The notes below the pieces were generated by a model. That model had not been told where the DNA came from, ran no database searches, and worked only from the letters and a program-made list of their open reading frames with translations. 64,000 bases of DNA from Octopus sinensis (Eukaryota): positions 159,588,001 to 159,652,000 of the forward strand of contig NC_043000.1 of assembly GCF_006345805.1 (NCBI RefSeq), given 5' to 3'. A program made the translations under genes and the position numbers. Shown piece by piece: positions 1 to 13,706 of the stretch; the stretch's first letter is position 1; each line of letters starts with the position of its first letter.

Positions 1-60
1 CTCGGGCCGACCAAAGCCTTCTGACTGGATTTGGTAGACGGAAACTGAAAGAAGCTCGTC

Positions 61-123
<63 letters not shown>

Positions 124-335
124 TGTGTGTGTTTGTGTGTCTGTGTTTGTCCCCACAACATCGCTTGACAACCGATGCTGGTGTCTTTACGTCCCCGTAA
201 CTTAGCGGTTCTGGAAAAGGGAACGATAGAATAAGTACTAGGCTTACAAAGAATAAGTCCTGGGGTCGATTTGCTCGACTAAAGGCGATGCTCCAGCATG
301 GCCACTGTCAAAATGACTGAAACAAGTAAGAGAGT
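1..335 (+). mobile_element. SINE family A, cut by the window start (left arm, (TA)n/(TG)n core, right arm)
   Basis: Matches full copies at 32736, 34280 and 53593 (ctcgggccgaccaaagcc...acggaaactgaaagaag; gatagaataagtact...gactgaaacaagtaa). Confidence 0.9.
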
Positions 336-370
<35 letters not shown>

Positions 371-738
371 CACGTACATTTATTACATATACACATACAT
401 ACAGGTATATAGACAGGAACACACACATACACACACGTAGGTGATGTGCTTCCACAGATTTCCCGTCTACCATACATATACGCTAAGAGGATGTTGAGCG
501 TAAGTTAATACAAGAAGATACCTTTGTAAAGTTTCACACATTGGGATCGAACCCGGTAGTAAATGACTGCAAAGAGAACTTATCAGCCACGAGTGCTCTT
601 GATCTGGAAATGAACACGTAACCCTTGCTGTCGTTTCATTTGTGACTATTCTTATGTGGTCAAGTGTTGACCCCTAAGAACTTGAAAACGTAATAAAATT
701 GTGACCTGACACTTCAATATGTTTGATCGTGCACTCCA

Positions 739-781
739 GGAGAGAGAGAGAGAGAGAGAGAGACAGAGAAAGAGAGAGAGA
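739..781. repeat. (GA)n microsatellite
   Basis: Direct reading. Confidence 0.95.
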
Positions 782-1801
782 GTTAGAAAATTATCAGGTA
801 AGTATGTGATTGTGGACACACACACATGCGGATGTGGTCATGTTCGGTTGTATGCATGTGCACATCTGCACATGCGCAAATGCGTGTATGACTTTCCCAT
901 GAGTTTCGCCGCTTAATGTTAAAATTGCTATAGACGAGTGATTTTTCACTATTTGCACTTCTCAACCGTTTTTTCAAACCAGCTTCCGTCTTTCTTTCCC
1001 CGTTTTGACCGACCCTCTTCTACCAACCCGTGTTCCGCATTGCTACTCCCCATCCTTCACATTTTCACTGCTTTAATGATTTTTCTCACTTTATCCACTC
1101 AATCTCCTATCACTTTTAACAGTTCAGGTCTCTCCGGCAAAAGACTCAACGTCAAACGTTCGATTTCTTTTTTTTTTACTCGTGTTATTAAATGCATTTC
1201 ACTCTGAAGTTTTTTGGGGTTTTTTAAAATTTTTGTTAAGTCATCGCTAAAAGTCCTTTTCCTGACATTACATTAAGACACGTTTGCCTGAAAAGCCACT
1301 GTGATCCTTTTTGCGCCAAGTGCAGCGGATGACGCGTTTGCACCCGGACTGTTATGAAACTTTCTTTTTTATCAGCAAATCCACGAAATAGCAGATCCAG
1401 TTTACAAGAGAGAATAAAAAGGAGGAACTTTTCAATGAATTAAATCCATTCCACTGTGCTCAGTATATTACATACACTTTATCAGATCAAGAAACATACA
1501 TCAGAGCAGTGATGTTTGAAAATCGTACAACATCAATATGGCCAGCTAAAACCTTCACTACATACTGAGACCATTTTTTAACATTTATTTTCTGTACCAA
1601 AGGGTGATATCAAATCTATTAGAGAAAATACTTGGTCATCATTCTCTCTGCGATACCTACATGAACTAAATCAATCTTGCAATAAATGCCGTTTTATATC
1701 GATGAATTTTGTGTCACGGAAAGAGAACCAGGTCAATTGCTGAGTTAACTCGCTTAGTTTTATAGATAGTGAATCTAGAAAGGCCATCTTACTGTTTCAG
1801 T

Positions 1802-2104
1802 TGTTGTTTGTTTGTTCCTTCAAGAAATATGCCTGGCTCATAAGGACCGTTTTCCCGGTTTCATTGGCGTATAGGTTCCCTAACTGAACGGGACGCCGGT
1901 CCGTCGCAGGTGAGCTGCTAGATGCAGGAAGAAAGAATGAGAGAAAGTTGTGGCGAAAGAGTCAGCAGAAGATCGCCATTACCTTCTGTTGTGCGGAGCT
2001 TAGGTGTTTTGCTCATAAAAACACACCTCGCCCGGTCTGAGATTCGAACCTGCGATGTCTCAACCACGAGTCCACTGCTCTAACCACTAGGCCATGTGTC
2101 ACCA
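1802..2104 (-). mobile_element. tRNA-derived SINE with V-SINE-like central domain
   Basis: Minus strand reads A-box tggcctagtggttagagc, B-box ggttcgaatc, then gcgacggaccggcgtcccgttcag and an (aac)n tail. 14-bp TSD cttactgtttcagt at 1788-1801 and 2105-2118. Confidence 0.85.
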
Positions 2105-2109
2105 CTTAC

Positions 2110-2242
2110 TGTTTCAGTGCACACCGTCAAACATACCATCGAACATTCCAGAATAACTCCGGATTTACTTTTACAATATGTGAAATGTAACAATTTAGCA
2201 AATACATTTTGCAATGAAGAATCGGTACCATTCAGTATGTAT
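2110..2242 (-). CDS. Candidate internal coding exon, unknown product (YILNGTDSSLQNVFAKLLHFTYCKSKSGVILECSMVCLTVCTET)
   Basis: Acceptor ctgcttttgtctttaaatacag and donor ACA|GTAAGT; 133 nt with only one open frame. No recognised homology. Confidence 0.3.
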
Positions 2243-2816
2243 CTGTATTTAAAGACAAAAGCAGTTTTCTACATCTTAACACCATTTTATAATCTTTTTA
2301 ACACATTTAAGTAAAAACAATAACATGCAATCATTACAGACCCATGGGATACACTCTTGAATGATGATAATTTTTACCCAGAAAAAAAGGGGATTCTAAA
2401 ACAGATTTAATCTCGCAAGGCATGCAGAGGGTAAACGTTTCACACGTTCGTATACCTCAACTCCTGCATACAATACACATGAACACGAGCGAAAATGTAA
2501 TTTTCGGCAAACATTTAACACAGCACTATACAGAAAAAGCGATACCTATAGCTCATAAATAAATATATATGTTGGTAGCTAATGTCATAAGAGAATTTAG
2601 CAGTCAGGTATTTGGTTTTGGGAAATGCTTAAATTATCAAAGATACAAAAACTTAGGGAGATAAAAAAAAAATTAATACAAAAGGAAAAAAAACAGTAAG
2701 GAAAGGAAAATGAGTTGTATACCATCGGAGAAAAAGACAGGTGAAATATATATAAAACATAATTGTCTTATGAAGTACCCGTGCGTGCGCACACGTACGT
2801 ATTGTATATCTATAAT

Positions 2817-2847
<31 letters not shown>

Positions 2848-3849
2848 ATATATATATGAGTTGTATAGCATGTGAATTCAGAGAATCGTATGGCTGTACA
2901 CACACACACACGATGCATATTGGTTCAAATACACATACAAACGTGTGTACATTACTTATTCATACATATGTATATATACACAAGTATATTGCTCTCGCAC
3001 ATGCACAGATGGTACCTCAGTAAAGATAATTCTTCACGTGGGTGGTATTTCTGTATAAATTTTTACTTGTGATTTACAATCAATAAGAATTGAGCTTATT
3101 GCAACAGTTGGATGCACAAACAGTGACACAGACAACGCATTACATACTTGTAATAAGCTGGATTTTACGTGTATATATATACTGCCATTATACAAATTCC
3201 TATATTGTGAACACATGACCACGTACGAACATTTCCTGCATCAATTCACGTTTGTGTATGTGTATGGACATGTATATTATATAGGAGTGTGTGTGTATGG
3301 ATATGTATATTATATAGATGTGTGTGTATGGACATGTATATTATATATCTGTGTGTGTGTATGGACATGTATATTATATATATGTGTGTGTGTACATTTG
3401 TACATGGATGTAGTGTGGGTGCGCATGTGTGTGTCTACATTGTCACGCGTGTACACCTTTAGCAGTTGGCATCCACTTTGTTATATACAGCTGTTATTGC
3501 CAATATTAGCAATTGCATTTGCAATATGACACAAAATATATATCAAATACCCCTTAAATATACCGAAGATTGCATAGCAACATCAACTGGGCGGGAATAT
3601 TTTATTAACCGACATGGATACCTCATTTTGGTGTTAGCGCAAGCTTTTTTTTAGTCTAGGTGCTTCCCTGTTTTGTCTTTTTTTTTTTCTTTTTTTCACG
3701 AGGACTAGGATAAACATTAATGGTGAAGTTAAGAACCGTCGTAAGGATTCTTCGTGCAGCCAATAAAAACAACTGGCGATGGTGGTCTAGTATCACTATA
3801 AGAACCAACAGTGGTAGCGGTGGTACTCATGTTGGTACAAGGACCTATA

Positions 3850-4080
3850 AGGCGGCGAGCTGGCAGAATCGTTAGCACGCCGGGCGAAATGCTTAGCGGT
3901 ATTTCGTTTGCGTTACGTTGTGAGTTCGAATTCCGCCGAGGTCGACTGTGCCTTTCATCCTTTCGGGGTCGATAAATTAAGTACCAGTTACGCACTGGGG
4001 TCGATGTAATCGACTTAATACCTATATCTGTCCTTGTTTGTCCCCTCTGTGTTTAGCCCCTAGTGGGTAATAAAGAAATA
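3850..4080 (+). mobile_element. SINE family B, long tail
   Basis: Head ggcggcgagctggcagaatcgttagc, B-box gagttcgaattcc, tail ...gtgggtaataaagaaata. TSD ggta(c/t)aaggacctata at 3834-3849 and 4081-4096. Confidence 0.9.
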
Positions 4081-4533
4081 GGTATAAGGACCTATAGTCG
4101 TGATAGCACTAAGGACCGACGATAGTGATTGTGTTTCTATTGGTTGTCATGGTGGTAGGTGTTATCAGTGACGTTGGTTAAAACTGTGGGTGGTGGTAGT
4201 GGTAGTAGTTATAATTTTCATCGTAGTGGTGCTATTGGTTGTGGTGACACAGGTGGTAGTCACACTATTACTTATCGTGTTAGTAGTAATACTATAATTT
4301 ATTATGTTAGTAGCGTAGTGGGAGGTAGGTGTTACTGTGCAGCGCCAAAGTCAGCTCTGAGAAAATGCACTCTCACAATAACAGTCGTATTAAAGCGGTA
4401 TTTAAAGACTGCAATATCTAATGCGTCATTCCTATTTTCACTATATGATAAAATCTCTCTTGTTTCCTTCAAATAATAGTTTCATTTCTATTATTATTGT
4501 TTAGCTTCAGGTTAAGAGCAAAGGCCTTCTCAC

Positions 4534-4706
4534 TTGTGAATTTCCCTGTCTTGGTAGCTTGTGCTATATTGTAATTTTTGTCACTTCTCCAAGGCAATAT
4601 GTTGAGAGTGGAGGGAGATATAGGCACAACTTTAGAGAGTCGAACGACCATGGAGGCGTTCCAGTGGAGTCTATAACTAACATCGTAGTAGCATCCATAT
4701 TCATGT
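4534..4706 (-). CDS. Candidate coding exon, unknown product (HEYGCYYDVSYRLHWNASMVVRLSKVVPISPSTLNILPWRSDKNYNIAQATKTGKFT)
   Basis: Acceptor ttctttttcatgtttag and donor CAA|GTGAGA; open frame of 173 nt. No recognised homology. Confidence 0.22.
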
Positions 4707-6799
4707 CTAAACATGAAAAAGAATAGAACCATAGTGGTACGGTTACCTCCCATTCTGAGTGAATTTTAACACTTGGTTTATGAATTAATTTATTTAGCCG
4801 CAAGTGAACTATAACCTTGCAGTACTATGACCGAAAGTAACCCAGCCGATTTTGTCAAAAAAAACAAAAAAATCCATTGCTCTCTCAAATTGTATGTCAC
4901 TTTACAGGGTGTGAATGGAGATTTATTTACTATTTCTAGCAAGTGGGGCAAACAATGGAGGCTTCCTTCACTGAAATGGCTGAGGAACCGTCAGCTAGTA
5001 GGAAGAGATTGCCGTTTATTTCACTGAATGTTGCCAACGTCTTCATGAACCAGGAAACTACAGAAACATAAATACCAGAGAATTCTCTCTCTTTATGCAC
5101 AGCGATTTTCTACAACTGTAATGGCGAATCTCTGACGCGCTAAATTTTAGGAGACACGCGAAGGATAGTGAAAAAATAAATCTACTTGCAACATCATGCA
5201 ATAATTTTATCTGCAAGTATTTCCCTGAAATTAGAATACACATGCATGTGTGATTAACACTCAAATATCTGGGTTATTAGAGGAATTATAATTTCGACAT
5301 ACAGGGTTAAAAAGTTCTCATCACTGTTCTTAGCACGTGACTATTTTCCTAAAAACGTTTTACTATATATTGCCTACATGTAGATAGAACTGCCTAAAAA
5401 CAATAGGAACACATTCATTGGATCTGAACCTATAAGGCATGCGCCTTATAGGCTGCAAGAATATCATATCATCCAAGAAACCACTTCGTAGCTATGCTGA
5501 AGAGTAGTAGAAAGTTTTCAAAAAGACGTGGTTTGGATTTATATTTGAACATTGCATATTATCAAAAATAATTATAAAAAGCAAACCGAGACGGTTGATA
5601 CTTTTCTATTCAAAAGGTGGTACAAGCGAAACTGGAGGTTAATCTTCGGTAATGCGGTGGATTTCCTCAATCATTTTCGCCACCCACGATGATTGTAAAA
5701 CTATTTGTTCCATCGATCCCCGACGTCGATGGAGTTACTGTCAATAGAATTGAAGGTCAGAGCTGTGTGACAAAAACTACTCGATTAAGTTATTTAATCA
5801 AACCTTATGCATATTCAACAACCTCCACGATTGTTCTGTACGAAGTAGCATGGTAGGTAGAATTTATAATCGTTATACCAAGATGATGGTAATAATATCA
5901 ATATCAAGACCTGGAAATTGGAGGTGGAAGAAGGATAGTCGGTTATATCGACCCCAGGGCTTAACTGGTATTTAATTTATTGATCCCGAGAGGATGAAAG
6001 TTAAAGATGACAGAAGGTGGGAGGGAGGGAGGGAGGGAGCACAAGTACAGATTCGTTGAGGAAGATTTACAATCGATTGGATAAACTGCAAGTACTAAAT
6101 AAACAGAATTTAGCGGAACAAACTCGATACTGCAAGGGTTTCAATCCCAGTCTCTGGCACTCTACTACATTCTGCATATAATACAGATTTATCTGAAGCA
6201 AAGTGATGGTCAAGTTTTTAAAAAAACTTTTTTTAAGGGGAAAAAAATTAGGAAATAACCAGTTGAACTGATGCCAGGATGCTATTAACTGGTTCTTATT
6301 TTATTAGCCCCATAGAAGAAGATAAACTGTAGCGTTTCAAAAGAGTGTTTGCGGAATATTGACTCACGGATATTCAGAGTAAAGACTTCAAGCAACCCTT
6401 ATTTCAGATAACCACAAGATTAGATTTCAATAAGAAATCAAGATGAAATTTCATATCCTCCTCCAGGGAAGTCCATACTCGATTTCATATTCCCTTACCG
6501 TCGTTTACATTACCGCCACCCACTCTGATTTAGCTAAAATGATTAAATCGCATGCTTACAACTCATGATTTGTTTATTATATAAAACATATGAAATATGA
6601 AAGATTAAAAACTAGTCTCGAATTTTGAGAATATAAGAAACATAAAAATAACTCGATTAATAAATAGTTCATAATGTTATGTAAATACAAAATATACACA
6701 GTTGATTAAAGAGAGGCAGGATGGGAAAACCAAATATACAAGGTAGAAACAAAGTCACGCATCATGGGAGATATCAAGTATGCATTATTCACAATGAAG

Positions 6800-7438
6800 T
6801 AGGTAATATATTGCAAATGTTCAAATTGTTGGCCATGTAGCCCTAAACAAGAGTTCATACAGAATTTGAAATTGCGATGAACCTTCTCAAATAGCTCTTT
6901 CTAACCACTGACTTGTTCTCACGCTTCAACAATTCTTTGAAGATGTCCTTGGTCACGATTCTTTTCAGAATACACAAGGGATTTAATGTAGCCCCAGAAG
7001 ATAAAGTCCATGGGAGTTAAATCTGGTGACCGAGGTGCCAATTCAACTGGCCCGGACGACCAAGCCAGCTCCCTGGAAAATGTTCATTCAGAAAATCACT
7101 AAGCTGCAATGCATAATAGGGTGGAGCCCCATCCTGCTGAAACCAGACAGGATTTCCCCTTCCAAGAGAATGCACGTGAGGCGTCATCTTGTGGCCAAGC
7201 ATGTCCAGATACAAATCACCTGTCACAGAACCCCCAAAATAAAATGGTCCAATTACTTGATTGTGCCAAATCCCACACTCCACCATTAACTTGCTCTCGC
7301 CTTGTTGATTATATGCCTCCATCCAATGAAGATTGCTTTGTGAGTAATATCGGCAGTTGTGAAAAGAGATTTTTCAGAAAGGGTATGTTAGAAATTTCAC
7401 ATATTGCAGGTTCGTGCTTGACTTTATGGCCACTCTGT
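6800..7438 (-). mobile_element. Tc1/mariner-superfamily (maT/rosa-like) relic, internally deleted
   Basis: Translation gives ...WFQQDGAPPYY...FPGSWLGRPG...(S)PDLTPMDFIFWGYIKSLVY, with frameshifts and stops. TIR-like TA|CAGAGTGGGCCATAAAGTC at 7438. Confidence 0.8.
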
Positions 7439-7661
7439 ACATTGATTTACGAGTCGATTAAAAGAAAGCTTAACAGTGAGAATTATTTTCACCATCATGA
7501 AAATAAAAATAAAATGACAATCTTTATATCCAGATTAACGTGGATGTATTGTTAGTGCACCAATACTGCGTTATTTACCCTGAGAAAGAAATGCCTTTGG
7601 TTATAAGATCAAACAAAAATGATCTATGTCGAAGTAGCAGCAACAATTTTAAAGCTGTGCT

Positions 7662-7878
7662 AAGGCAGCGAGCTGGCAGAATCGTTAGCACGCCTGGTGA
7701 AATATTTAACGATATTTCGTCTGTCTTTACATTCTGAGTTCAAATTCCGCCGAGGTCGACTTTGCCTTTCATCCTTTCGGGGTCGATAAATTAAGTACCA
7801 GTTGCGCACTGGGGTCGATCTAATCGATTGGCCCCCCTCCCCTAAAAAACTTCGGGCCTTGTGCCTAGAGTAGAAAAG
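7662..7878 (+). mobile_element. SINE family B, short tail
   Basis: Same head and core as long B; tail cttcgggccttgtgcctagagtagaaaag. 17-bp TSD aatttta(a/c)agctgtgct at 7645-7661 and 7879-7895. Confidence 0.9.
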
Positions 7879-9639
7879 AATTTTACAGCTGTGCTTTGCG
7901 TATTATAATGATTCCTTGTATCATAAATGAGGTTGAAAAATGTTATAGGGAAACATATAGCCAATTGTAACGATTTCAATACTTAAAGAACAAAATTCAT
8001 TGAACACGGGAGGATGACGCCAACGTTAGCGGAATTTGAACTTGGGACATAATTAACTCTGCAAAGCACTCACTCTGCCATTCTATCGTCGTCCCTTTGG
8101 AAAAAAAAATACACAGAAAACTGAATAGATGAGAATATAACGGGGCTGCATATTTAGTTGAAAGTTTCTAGTACGCTTTCACGTCGACATACGTATATAA
8201 TGTGCTATCGTATGTATGTATACACATACATACAAAGAAAATACTAACACTAAGCCTCACATATTTTAGGAGATGCTTTATACCACAAAAATCTTTTCTG
8301 GCATTCCATTCCCTGGCTTTACTGGAAGCCATGTGGAGCAAACACAAGATATTATTTTCGTCGTGGCATAACTGACGGTCATCCAAGAGTGATCTAAGTC
8401 TTTTGCTTTTCAGCTTGACATCAATTTCATGTTTGGAACTTTTTTTTTATTCCTTTGTGAGAGAGGGGGTACCTACCATTTACGTTCTTTGGAAAGGGGG
8501 CTTATTTTACCGTTTTACATTCAATTATAGAATATATACAGCTGTAGTAGACAGCTGTGATGATACAGTCGGGCACTTGTGTGTGTGTTTGGGTTGTATA
8601 TGCGTATATATACGTGCATGATTGCATACATCCACGTAACATACATAACAGCGGAGATAAATACACACGATTATACATACATATATGTTTGATCAAACCA
8701 CTAAACATAGCAGCCAAATGACGCTCTACCGTCTTATAGATGGATGGATATATTATATATCTGATAAAGTAGTCGTAGATAGCCGCTCCCAAAAATCTCA
8801 GTCAAAACAGTTTCAATTGCAATACCTTTAATCTTGGGGGTGCTTCAACACGTTTGCACCTGAAGCAACACGAGTGAGAGAGTAATAGCCGCAGCGGCAG
8901 TGAAACAATCGGATAGATTCTGTCATCATACGGTTTGCTAATAGATTCTAAGTTCGATTATATCATACTTTGGGCATTTTTTTTTCTATTTAGTGACAGA
9001 CCTTTTTTTTTTTACAATATCTTAGTTAATCTGGCTCATGGACAGAATTGATCATTCTGATCAAAAGCAACTAATTCACTGCCAATATAAAAAAAAAGCC
9101 ATTCCTAAGAAAACTCAATAACCATGAGTGATATTTTAAAGGACTAAGGGTGTGACACGTTTGGGCCTTGAAAGCATGACAAGTCGTCCTTTTATTCTCT
9201 CATTCCAATTCCACTAATCGATGTAGAACATTTTCCAGATCGAGTAATCAATATAGAAATTCCTTCACTTGCCGCTTTCTATCATTTCACTTAAGATACG
9301 AAAACAAAACTGACGTACTAGCGAGTTTCTTCTCCCCTTTGGGCTCGTTAGATTAAGAGTAGAGAATGTTAGATAGTGTGCCTAGAAGATTCGGATTTTT
9401 AATAATAATGCGTTCAAATTTTGGTATATATTTTTAGAAGAGGATTTAGCCAATCCAACCCCTAACAAATTATATTGCATTTTTGAAAATGTGGAATAGC
9501 GTTTCGTTTTTTGACAATAAAAATTTCTATTGAATTTTATCAAAAGCCCTATCTCGCAGAAACCCAGAGCTTTTCCACAGAATATATTTCCGTAAAGACA
9601 ACTCAAAACTATCACCATGAAATTGTTAATTTGTAGTCA

Positions 9640-9905
9640 CCTCAAAAATTTCAGGCTTTGTGCTTATAGTGGAAAGGATTATCACCATTTAGGTGGAGAT
9701 CTGGCAAAATCGTTAGCACCCTGAGCAAAATGCTAAGCGGCATTTTGCCCGTCTTTGCGTTCTGACTTCACGTGCCGCCGAGGCTGACTTTCCTTTTCAT
9801 CCTTTTGGTGTAGATAAAATAAGTACCAGTTGAACGCTGAGGTCTATGTAATCAATTTAACTCCTCTTCCGAAATTATTGGCCTTGTGCCACAGTTTGAA
9901 ACCTT
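9640..9905 (+). mobile_element. Older, diverged family B-like SINE
   Basis: ggtggagatctggcaaaatcgttagc...gccgaggctgactttcc...ggccttgtgcc. Confidence 0.7.
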
Positions 9906-9920
9906 TAATATTATTAGTAA

Positions 9921-10335
9921 GAAGGCGAGCTGGCAGAAACATTGGCACGCCGGGCGAAATGCTTAGCGGTATTTCGTCTGTCGTTACGTTCTGAGTTCAA
10001 ATTCCACCGAGGTCGACTTTGCCTTTCATCCTTTCGGGGTCGATAAATTAAGTACCAGTTACGCACTGGGGTCGATGTAATCGGCTTAATCCGTTTGTCT
10101 GTCCTTGTTTGTCCCCTCTGTGCTTAGCCCCTTGTGGGTAGTAAAGAAATAAGTATTTCGTCTGCGGCTACGTTCTGAGTTCAAATTCCTGCGAGATAGA
10201 CTTTGCCTTTCGTTCTTTCAGGGTCGATTAAATAAGTGCCAGTTACGAACTGGGGTCGATGTAATCGACTAAATCTATTTGTCTATCTTTGTCTGTCCCC
10301 TCTATGTTTAGCCCCCTGTGGGCAATAAAGAAATA
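9921..10335 (+). mobile_element. SINE family B head-to-tail dimer (one head, two core plus long-tail units)
   Basis: Junction aaagaaataag|tatttcgtctg at ~10151. Confidence 0.88.
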
Positions 10336-11089
10336 AATTATTATTTTTATCATTTTTGGTATTATATCGTTACCGCACCGGACAAAATGCTTAAAACCAC
10401 GTCTTCCGGTTTTTACGTTGAAATACTGACCGAGATAGACTGTCATTCATTTTTCGAGGTCGATAGAATATGTACCAGTCAAGTACTAAGGTCTATACTT
10501 CGTTTCTATCTAGTTTATTTACCGATTGTTTATAAGTACACAGTTGTTTAACATATCCATAGGCTTGGTTGGAACTCAATGTGCTTCTAAGCAGAATGTA
10601 GCTTATCATAACTATCGAAACACTCGATAATCTATACTATAATAATTCTAAAAAATTCAGGCACAAAACGAACAATATTAGTCGGAGGGAATTGGGTGAC
10701 TGCATCCTTTCTCGTAGTTATCTGGTACTTATTTTAACGACCTCGACAACGGCGGTGATTCACGTATGAGTTCATTTCAATTATGTCACTGTTGTCAGTG
10801 AGTAAAAAAGTAAGGATGCGTCAATGATTATTCGTGCAGTCCAAAAAAATAGAGATAACCCATTGAAGGATCTTCCTAAGCACGTAAGGAAAATCGCTAA
10901 TAAATTTCACACAGGTATGTTCAATGGCTAAATGAACATTTACAGTAATATAAGAATGCATTTTTCAAGTCAGGATGTTCAACTGAAGAGCAGTGAATAG
11001 GAAACTCACGCACAAATACATACATAGGTTCAAACAATTATGCACACGTCTGCATAAATCTAAATAAGAAAGATTTTACTATGTCTTAC

Positions 11090-11428
11090 GACTTGACCAG
11101 CAGGAAATAACAGTCAAATCTTCTTTAAATAACACTCTACCGCCCTAAATAAACAAGAGCTCACTGACAGTATAGTTACTCATACAAAATGATTAGGGGC
11201 TGATGTCAAATGAATAGATGTTTGCGTTTACACACATATGCACTCAAGCCAACGTGATTTGATCTGCAGAGAATTATCAGCCAGATTATCCCCTAACCAT
11301 CTCAAAAACAAAACTAAATCAGTGAGTATGCAACTGCTGAAATAAAATGCGATAGTGTCTACATTGTCTTCCATCATAGATCAGCTTAATCAGGACTGAC
11401 CTAGGGTTGAACAACAACAACAACAACA
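11090..11428 (+). repeat. Interspersed repeat with (AAC)n tail; related pieces near 35270-35600 and 60735-60910
   Basis: Shared gacttg...ggaaata(a/g)ca...caaat and gatc...gatcag motifs. Confidence 0.45.
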
Positions 11429-13361
11429 AATGCTCTACGCACGCGCGCAATCATTCATTCATTCCCACACACTCGCCCACACGCTTTCAGTATGTCTCAA
11501 TACATTCAAGAATGCTATTTATTTTCTCTTTCACATAATCAAGTTGATGACATTCTATCAAGTTCTACCGCCACCATCTACCCGACTAACACTACATCAT
11601 CACCTCCACGACCATACCATTATCACAGTTTAACCCATCCCCAGCAATTTATCAGTTTTATAGCGTTCCGATATGCTTAACTGCTGAAACCCCAGTAAAC
11701 GCCATTACTGCGCCTTAAGTAGGCTCAGGAATGTTAATGGACAAAAATAAGATGTGCCCTGTTGTTTTTAACTAAAACATTTTTGGTAAATAAATAGGTA
11801 ATTCATCAAATATTATCATCTTCATCATCATCGCCGTCATCAGTCTCAGAGAAACATCATCGCAATTGTCGACAATATTACTGTCAGGGTTTCGCACAAT
11901 ACGCATGCATGTTTAAGACGAATATACGATTTCTAAAACACTTTTTCTCACCGAATCCTCAATTTATCATACACACACACACACAATCTCTCTCTCATTT
12001 CTTAATGCTTCTTTCTTAAGTCGAAGAGTTTCACTACTGATAACTTCACATTCATTGTTACAGTTTAGCTTAGATCCGCATTGGTGGATCCCTATAATCA
12101 GAAACTTTCCAACCATAACTATTAAACCGTTTGCATCGAGAACTACATCATCCAAAGTGTACTTCACATTTAAAAAAATTTATGGGTGTAGGTGACACGG
12201 GTCTTTTGATTTTTTTTTTTTTTAATTAAATTACTACTACTAGTATGGAAAACAGTATTCGCTTATATTGCGTACCTATCAACATCATATAGTTATTCAA
12301 GAAAGACAACCATTTAAATGTATTTAAGCCTGATGTCGGTCAAAATATGTTACGGGAGACTACAATCAGACGTACATCGATCTTAATAAAGCAAATATGC
12401 ACACCACAACAGAAAAACCTGAAAGAAGAATGATTAAAGGTAAGCTAAATCCTGTTACACTTAGTTTTATAAAAACACAAAAAATAAGCAATATTTTAAG
12501 CTTATCGTGGGAGCATCTAGGTTGTAATATGATTGAAATAACAGTCAAATGCCCCTCAAATGAACCTATTATCTTCACAAATGAACGATACATTGGATAA
12601 TGTGATCTTAGATACACTGTACCTAAAAAGAAGAAAGGGAAGGGGAATCAAATTACGACTTGAAAAGGGCTGGTCATATTACAGAAATCTTTACAGAGAT
12701 ACCTGCTCAAAAACGCGGTGAGATCTGAACCCCGAACCATGCGGTTGCTTAACAATCTTAATCACAGAGCCATGTTTGGGCAAGATTAGCCGACAGATAA
12801 CGTCGAAGGCTGAAAGCATCGGTGACATCTCGATTCTGCTTGAACAAATTCCTTTTCAGGAATTGCCTCAAGGAATCTTGAATCCACCGACGCTGTTTTT
12901 CACAAACTGCTTCATAAAATAAGTGAAGTAAGCTATACAGTATGCGATATCAATTAGACCAACGTGTAACAATTGATCTACAGCACTTGACATGGCGATG
13001 GAGGTTTCGAGTTCATGTTTCGGAGCTACGTTTTAGGCAAACGTCTTCTACCATCATCTTGATTTTACGAATACTTTGCGAGTGAAATTTGGTAAACGGA
13101 AGCTATAGAGCAGTGCGTATGAGTGTGTATGTGTGTGAGTGACAAGATGAAGATTATGGTGATGCGTTCACACAGGAGTATAATAAAGCGAAAACAATAT
13201 TCAATATTGCTGAATGGAACTGTATAACATTCAATCAAAATCAAGTTCATGCGAGTCGTTACATGAATATGTCGCTTTTATTCTTCCTGCAAAAAGACAA
13301 CCAAAATCTTCGATGACCGACTCACACGAACTCAGTTTGAATACGTTTTATCGTGTATAAG

Positions 13362-13610
13362 TGGAAGCGCGTGGCTTAGTGGTTAGGACGTCAGCATCAT
13401 GATCGTAAGATTGTGGTTTCGATTCCTGGACCGGACGACGCGTTGTGTTCTTGAGCAAAACACTTCATTTCAGGTTGCTCCAGTCCACTCAGCTGGTAAA
13501 AATGGGTAACGCTGTGATGGACTGGCGTCCCGTCCAGCTGGGGAACACATACGCCATAGAAAGCGGGCCCATGAGCCTGGCTAGGCTTTAAAAGGGCGCA
13601 AAAATAAATA
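13362..13610 (+). mobile_element. tRNA-derived V-SINE-like element
   Basis: A-box tggcttagtggttagg, B-box ggtttcgattcc, gtgttcttgagcaaaacac, V-like gatggactggcgtcccgtccag. TSD gtgtataag at 13353-13361 and 13613-13621. Confidence 0.85.
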
Positions 13611-13706
13611 TTGTGTATAAGCGATTTATGGTCACGATTCTAATCGACTATTATCAAAGATTCTACATCTGAGGAACTAAAATTTCAGGTACAGTACAAT
13701 CTAAAA

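Noticed and set aside
13362-13440. tRNA gene (also ~2030-2100 and ~16080-16150)
   Set aside because: A/B boxes run into SINE bodies with tails and TSDs, and there is no complete acceptor stem.
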